Shown: in pieces, positions 59,291 through 64,000 of the stretch
Layout: the number at the start of each line of letters is the position of its first letter
Numbering within the stretch: the first letter of the stretch is position 1
Origin: Candidatus Delongbacteria bacterium
Lineage (GTDB): Bacteria > CAIWAD01
Length of the DNA: 64,000 nucleotides
Assembly (NCBI GenBank): GCA_963663545.1
Contig: OY760505.1
Span: forward strand, 608,001-672,000
Reading direction: 5' to 3'
Translations under genes and position numbers: made by a program
The notes under the pieces: generated by a model
Seen by the model: only the letters and a program-made list of their open reading frames with translations
Told to the model about the DNA's origin: nothing
Databases searched by the model: none

Positions 59291-59971
59291 TTATCCGCTG
59301 ATTCGACCATCATCCATGGTCAGCACCCGGTCAGCCACAGCACTAACCTGCAGATCGTGTGTCACAAGTACCAGACTGCCACCGTCCTGACGCACGATCC
59401 GCGACATTTCTTCCAAAACCCCTTCCGCACCTTGGCGATCGAGGTTTCCTGTCGGTTCATCGGCGAACACAATGGCTGGACGGTTCACCAGCGCGCGGGC
59501 AATGCCGACGCGTTGGCTTTCTCCTCCGGAAAGCTCCGCAGGACGGTGATCCAGCCGACTTCCCAACCCGATGCTGCGCAGAAGCTCGCTCGCACGTGCC
59601 GTGGCCTCGTGCTCAGACATACCTGCAATCAGGCCTGCCATGATCACGTTTTCGAGCGCAGTGAATTCGGGAAGCAGATAGTAGGCTTGAAAGACAAATC
59701 CAAGGGTCCGGGCCCGTTGACGTGAACGGGCGCGATCACTCATGTGATACAAATCCCTGCCCTGCAGCAGAACGCGTCCTGCGCTGGGGGCGTCCAAACC
59801 ACCCAGCACATGCAGCAGCGTACTTTTACCGGCACCCGAACGTCCGATGATCGCCACGATCTCGCCGGCAGTCACCGTCAACTCGACATCCTGCAGCACA
59901 TTCACCACACCACGATGATGTCGGAAGCGTTTGCAGAGGCCTTCGGTTTTCAGCAGAGGCTCAGTTGTCAT
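59291..59971 (-). CDS. lolD: Lipoprotein-releasing ABC transporter ATPase LolD
   Basis: GRSGAGKSTLLH, GFVFQAYYLLPEFTALENV, LSGGE, ADEPTGNLD; start set at MTTEPL. Confidence 0.9.
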   Translation of the reverse strand: MTTEPLLKTEGLCKRFRHHRGVVNVLQDVELTVTAGEIVAIIGRSGAGKSTLLHVLGGLDAPSAGRVLLQGRDLYHMSDRARSRQRARTLGFVFQAYYLLPEFTALENVIMAGLIAGMSEHEATARASELLRSIGLGSRLDHRPAELSGGESQRVGIARALVNRPAIVFADEPTGNLDRQGAEGVLEEMSRIVRQDGGSLVLVTHDLQVSAVADRVLTMDDGRISG

Positions 59972-61190
59972 GTCGAATCGCCTCCACCGGATGCAGCGCC
60001 GCTGCCCGACGCGCGGGATACACCGCCGCCACCAAACTGATGACCAGCGCAGCCGCCACGATGACCAGAATGTCCGCCCAGCGCAGATCCACCGGGAACA
60101 CACTGATGAAGTACACGTCCGGCGGTAAACGCAGAATCTGCCAGCGCAACTGGATGGCGCAGATGCCGATGCCGATGATGGCGCCGGTCAGGGTTCCACC
60201 CACACCCAGCATTAGGCCTTCGTACACGAAGATGCGTGCAATGGAGCGGCTGTCCGCGCCCATCGCTTTCAGAATGCCAATGCCTCTGCGCTTCTCCATG
60301 GTCACCATCGTCAGCGTACTGATGATGTTGAATGCGGCCACAAGCACGATGAGGCTGAGCATGATGAACATCATCCACTTCTCGAGCTTCATCATGCTGA
60401 AAAGGTTCTTGTGCATCTCGAACCAGGTCCAGGCGGCGTAGGGATAATCCAGTCGGCTCATCACGTCCTGCTTGACCCGGCCGGCTTCTTCCATGTGATG
60501 CAAACGCACTTCGATTCCGCTCACGCGATCGCCCATTCGCAGCAGGCTCTGTGCTTCCTGCAGACCGATGAGGGCGATGGCATCGTCAAACTCGTAGATG
60601 CCCATTTCAAAAATGCCGCGTAATACAAAACGCTTGACCACGGGCTGACTGAAAGCCGAGACGATCCCCTTGGGGGAAATCAGCATCAATGTATCACCGG
60701 GAATCGCACTCACTGCGGCAGCCAGATAGCGCCCCAGCAGCAGACCGGGCAGACCGCCCTCCTCCTCTGCGCTGAACTCACTGTTACCCGCCAGCAGGTA
60801 CTCGTCCAATGGCATGACGCTGTTCATTGTCGAAGGATCAACGCCGCGTATCACAACACCCTCAGTGTGAGTGCCGTGACGCAGCATGCCCTTGTCGATG
60901 ATATAGGGAGCCATGCCGGTGATCTGCGGAATGTCCCGCAGCGTGTCCATGATCGCCGCCGGATTCGCCATGCCCTGGTCGTGATACGAACGAATGCGCA
61001 GATGCGCGTCCAGACCAATAATACGACTGCGCACCTCGGTCTCGAAACCGCTCATTACCGCCAGCACAATGATCAAAGCCGCTGTGCCGATGGTGATTCC
61101 CAGCACCGAGAACCAGGTCACCACACTGATAAATCCCAGATGGTGCTGGCTACGCAAATGCCGCAGCGCTACCCGGACTTCCCAGTTCAT
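59961..61190 (-). CDS. lolC: Lipoprotein-releasing ABC transporter permease LolC/E
   Basis: ALIIVLAVMSGFE, LVAAFNIISTL, IGILKAMGA, YPARRAA.L.PVEAIR. Confidence 0.9.
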   Translation of the reverse strand: MNWEVRVALRHLRSQHHLGFISVVTWFSVLGITIGTAALIIVLAVMSGFETEVRSRIIGLDAHLRIRSYHDQGMANPAAIMDTLRDIPQITGMAPYIIDKGMLRHGTHTEGVVIRGVDPSTMNSVMPLDEYLLAGNSEFSAEEEGGLPGLLLGRYLAAAVSAIPGDTLMLISPKGIVSAFSQPVVKRFVLRGIFEMGIYEFDDAIALIGLQEAQSLLRMGDRVSGIEVRLHHMEEAGRVKQDVMSRLDYPYAAWTWFEMHKNLFSMMKLEKWMMFIMLSLIVLVAAFNIISTLTMVTMEKRRGIGILKAMGADSRSIARIFVYEGLMLGVGGTLTGAIIGIGICAIQLRWQILRLPPDVYFISVFPVDLRWADILVIVAAALVISLVAAVYPARRAAALHPVEAIRHDN

Positions 61191-62701
61191 GAAGGATCCG
61201 AAGTCTGCGGTCGCATGGTGGGAAAGAGAATCACGTCACGAATGCTCTCGCTGCCCGTAAGCAGCATGACCAGTCGGTCAATGCCGATCCCCAATCCCGC
61301 CGTCGGAGGCATGCCCACTTCGAGTGCCTTCAGGAAATCCTCATCCAGCGGATGCGCTTCATCGTCACCCCCCTCAACCATGCGAACCTGCGCTTCGAAA
61401 CGCTGGCGCTGGTCAAGAGGATCGTTGAGCTCGGTGAAGCTGTTGCACAACTCCTTGCCGGCTACGACGGCCTCGAAGCGCTCCACCAGACGCGAATCTT
61501 CGCGATGACGACGCGCCAGCGGACTCAGCTCCACCGGATAGTCGGTCACGAAGGTGGGCTGAATAAGCTTGGGCTCCACCAGCTCGCCAAAGAGTTCGTC
61601 CCACAACTTGGGGCGATCCCAGCCGGGATCCACCTCGATATGATGCTTCTCCGCCACGTTGCGCAGCTCGGGCACATCCATTTCCAGCAGGTCCTCGCCG
61701 GTGGCTTCCTTCAGTAGATCCATCAGACGCGCGCGCCGCCACGGTGCTTTCAGCTCGATCTCGTGTCCGCCAAGAGTCACACGCGTGGAGCCGTAGAGTT
61801 CCTGGGCCAGATGCGCCAGCAGTTGCTCCATCAGGTTCATCATGAAGGTGTAGTCTTCGTAGGCGGCGTAGAGTTCGACCTGGGTGAATTCGGGGTTGTG
61901 AAAACGATCCATGCCCTCGTTGCGGAAATCGCGTGCAAACTCAAAGACGCGCTCAAAGCCGCCGACGATCAGCCGCTTGAGGTACAGCTCGTTGGCAATA
62001 CGCAGATACAGCGTCATATCCAGCGCGTTGTGATGTGTCACAAAGGGCCGGGCCGCAGCTCCACCGTAGAGGGGCTGCAGAATGGGCGTATCCACTTCCA
62101 GAAAACTCTGCTGCTGCAGGAAGTCGCGGATCATGCTGATGATGCGACTGCGGCGCACAAATGTATCACGCACATTGGGGTTGACGATCAAGTCGATGTA
62201 GCGTTGACGGTAGCGCTGCTCCTTGTCACTGAACTCGTCAAAGAGCTGGCCATCCTTCTCCTTGGTGACGGGCAGGGGCTGCAGGTTCTTGGCCAGCAGC
62301 ACCGCAGCACTGACATCCAGGGAGCGCTCACCGGTCTTGGTCACAAAAGCCTTGCCACTAATGCCTACCATGTCGCCGATGTCAAAGAGCTTCACGATAT
62401 CGTAGGTATCGTCACCCAGGCTGTCGCGCTGGAAGTAGAGTTGAATGCGTCCGTCGAAATCGGCGAGTTCGGCAAATGTTACCTTGCCCATGCGTCGGAA
62501 AGCCATCAGCCTCCCTGCAACGCACAGAACTTCAGAACTTCCCTGGTGCTGTTCGAAATCGGCAAGAACATCCGCGATGCGGTGGCTGCGCTGAAATCCG
62601 ACTGGCCAGGCATCAATACTCAGTTCTTCCAGACGATCCAGCTTCTCATATCGTTGGCGGATGACCGGCGGCAGCTTGCCGGCGGGTCGCTTGACGCTCA
62701 T
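61187..62701 (-). CDS. lysS: Lysine--tRNA ligase (class II)
   Basis: GGAAARPFVTHHN, YLRIANELYLKRL, FRNEG..HNPEF, GMPPTAGLGIGIDR. Confidence 0.97.
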   Translation of the reverse strand: MSVKRPAGKLPPVIRQRYEKLDRLEELSIDAWPVGFQRSHRIADVLADFEQHQGSSEVLCVAGRLMAFRRMGKVTFAELADFDGRIQLYFQRDSLGDDTYDIVKLFDIGDMVGISGKAFVTKTGERSLDVSAAVLLAKNLQPLPVTKEKDGQLFDEFSDKEQRYRQRYIDLIVNPNVRDTFVRRSRIISMIRDFLQQQSFLEVDTPILQPLYGGAAARPFVTHHNALDMTLYLRIANELYLKRLIVGGFERVFEFARDFRNEGMDRFHNPEFTQVELYAAYEDYTFMMNLMEQLLAHLAQELYGSTRVTLGGHEIELKAPWRRARLMDLLKEATGEDLLEMDVPELRNVAEKHHIEVDPGWDRPKLWDELFGELVEPKLIQPTFVTDYPVELSPLARRHREDSRLVERFEAVVAGKELCNSFTELNDPLDQRQRFEAQVRMVEGGDDEAHPLDEDFLKALEVGMPPTAGLGIGIDRLVMLLTGSESIRDVILFPTMRPQTSDPS

Positions 62702-62716
62702 GGTGTCTCGCTTTCT

Positions 62717-63839
62717 CTAGAGGGGTCTTGCAGGGGGCCGGTTCAGCTCGGGATGAAGCAGGAAGCCGCGAATGAAGGCATCCAACTCGCCATTGAGCAC
62801 ACCGGTTGTATCACTGGTCTCCACACCGGTCCGGTGATCCTTGACCATATTGTAGGGGTGCAGCACATAGCTGCGGATCTGGCTTCCCCAGGCATTATCC
62901 ATTTTGCCGCCTTCCAACTCGGCGCGTTTGGCGGCTTCTTCTTCTCGCTTCTTGGCATACAAACGGGCCAGCAGCATTTTCATGGCAAAGGCACGGTTGC
63001 GCGTCTGGCTGCGCTCCGCCTGGCTTTGTACCACAATGCCCGAGGGCAGGTGCGTGATACGCACGGCGCTGTCGGTTTTATTGACGTGCTGTCCACCGGC
63101 ACCGCTGGCGCGGTAGGTGTCAACGCGCAGATCGTTGGGGTCGATCTCGATCTCGGCGTTGTCATCGTCGATTTCGGGATAGAGGAACACCGAGGCAAAA
63201 CTGGTGTGACGCCGCGACTGGCTGTCGAAGGGCGAAATGCGCACCAACCGGTGCACGCCGATCTCGCTGCGCAGTGTGCCAAAGACGTTCTCGCCGCGCA
63301 CTTCGTAGCTGGCGCTCTTGATGCCCGCCTGCTCGCCGGGCTGCTCGTCCAGCTCCGTGACCTTGTAGCCCTTGCGCACACAGAAGGCGCGGAACATGCG
63401 TGCCAGCATACCGGCCCAATCTTCGGACTCGGTGCCGCCAGCGCCTGGGTGCACGGTGAGAATGGCATTGCGGTGATCGTCGGGGCCACAAAGCATGGTG
63501 GCGAACTCGAGGGTGTCCAGCGCGTCACGCACGCGCTCGGCGAGCTGCAGAAGCTCCTCCAGCTCGTCCTCTTCGGAGAGTGAAAGCAGCTCCACCAGAT
63601 CGTCATTGTCGCCTTTGACCTGCGCCAGCTTCTCGACCATCTGCGCCAGTTCGTTGGCTTCCTTCAATACCTTGCGCGCCCGTTCGGGATCGTTCCAGAA
63701 ATCGGGCGCCAGGCTCAGGGCTTCCAACTCCTGACGTCGCGCGCTCTTGCCTTCGTAGTCAAAGAGACCCCCAGAGATGGTCCAATCTCTCGGCATTCTC
63801 TTTCTGCATGCGCCGTACATCGCTGATCTGCAGGTTCAC
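62717..63839 (-). CDS. prfB: Peptide chain release factor 2 with programmed +1 frameshift
   Basis: SPF and GGQ motifs; GTG start at 63839 with AGGAG RBS; 26 codons then GGGGG-TCT-CTT-TGA-C, +1 shift into the long frame. Confidence 0.95.
63758..63772 (-). promoter_or_regulatory. prfB autoregulatory frameshift site
   Basis: Internal SD-like GGGGG, 3-nt spacer, CTTTGAC. Confidence 0.92.
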
Positions 63840-63852
63840 GTGGGACTCCTGG

Positions 63853-63999
63853 TTATTCGTCGCCAAAGACCTTCTCAAGCGAGGTCCCGGGATAGTAGTG
63901 CTTCAAGATTTCTGTGTAGTCGTTGCCCGAATGCGCCATTTGCACAGCGCCTACCTGGCACATGCCCACACCGTGACCGTGGCCAGCGCCCACCAGCGT
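63853..63999 (-). CDS. SpoIID/LytB domain protein, C-terminal fragment (truncated at window edge)
   Basis: Manual translation [48 protein letters not shown]. Confidence 0.85.
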   Translation of the reverse strand, partial: TLVGAGHGHGVGMCQVGAVQMAHSGNDYTEILKHYYPGTSLEKVFGDE

Positions 64000-64000
64000 G

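Noticed and set aside
62717..63820. prfB start at 63820 (MYGACRK...) or a prfB pseudogene call
   Set aside because: Explained by the canonical +1 frameshift from the GTG at 63839

Overview
A GC-rich bacterial chromosomal segment. T9SS-type C-terminal domains, a TonB-dependent receptor and lolCDE suggest a Gram-negative FCB-related lineage (inference only). Left part: partial TonB receptor, sugar ABC ATPase, greA, proS, two tandem zinc metalloproteases, a pyrR-pyrB-pyrC operon with a PyrR attenuator, GH3 and GH2-like glycosidases, and a TlpA-DUF4266-DUF3570-ApbE flavinylation module. Centre: a complete type I-C CRISPR-Cas locus (10 repeats, 9 spacers). Its trailer end runs straight into five tandem, hairpin-rich 203/215-bp units, each carrying 17 nt of the CRISPR repeat and one of two alternative inserts. 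Right part: about 25 kb of secreted proteins (four paralogues with variable N-termini and homogenised C-termini, two giant modular beta-helix proteins, two T9SS cargo proteins), then mcsB/mcsA-like genes, lolD, lolC/E, lysS, a frameshifted prfB and a partial SpoIID/LytB gene. Most unusual signals: (1) the CRISPR-fused structured repeat array; (2) a highly iterated degenerate palindrome GTRWYAC, about 7x enriched by manual count but at background level in the giant genes; (3) a shared non-T9SS C-terminal domain on six secreted proteins; (4) several apparent pseudo-enzymes.
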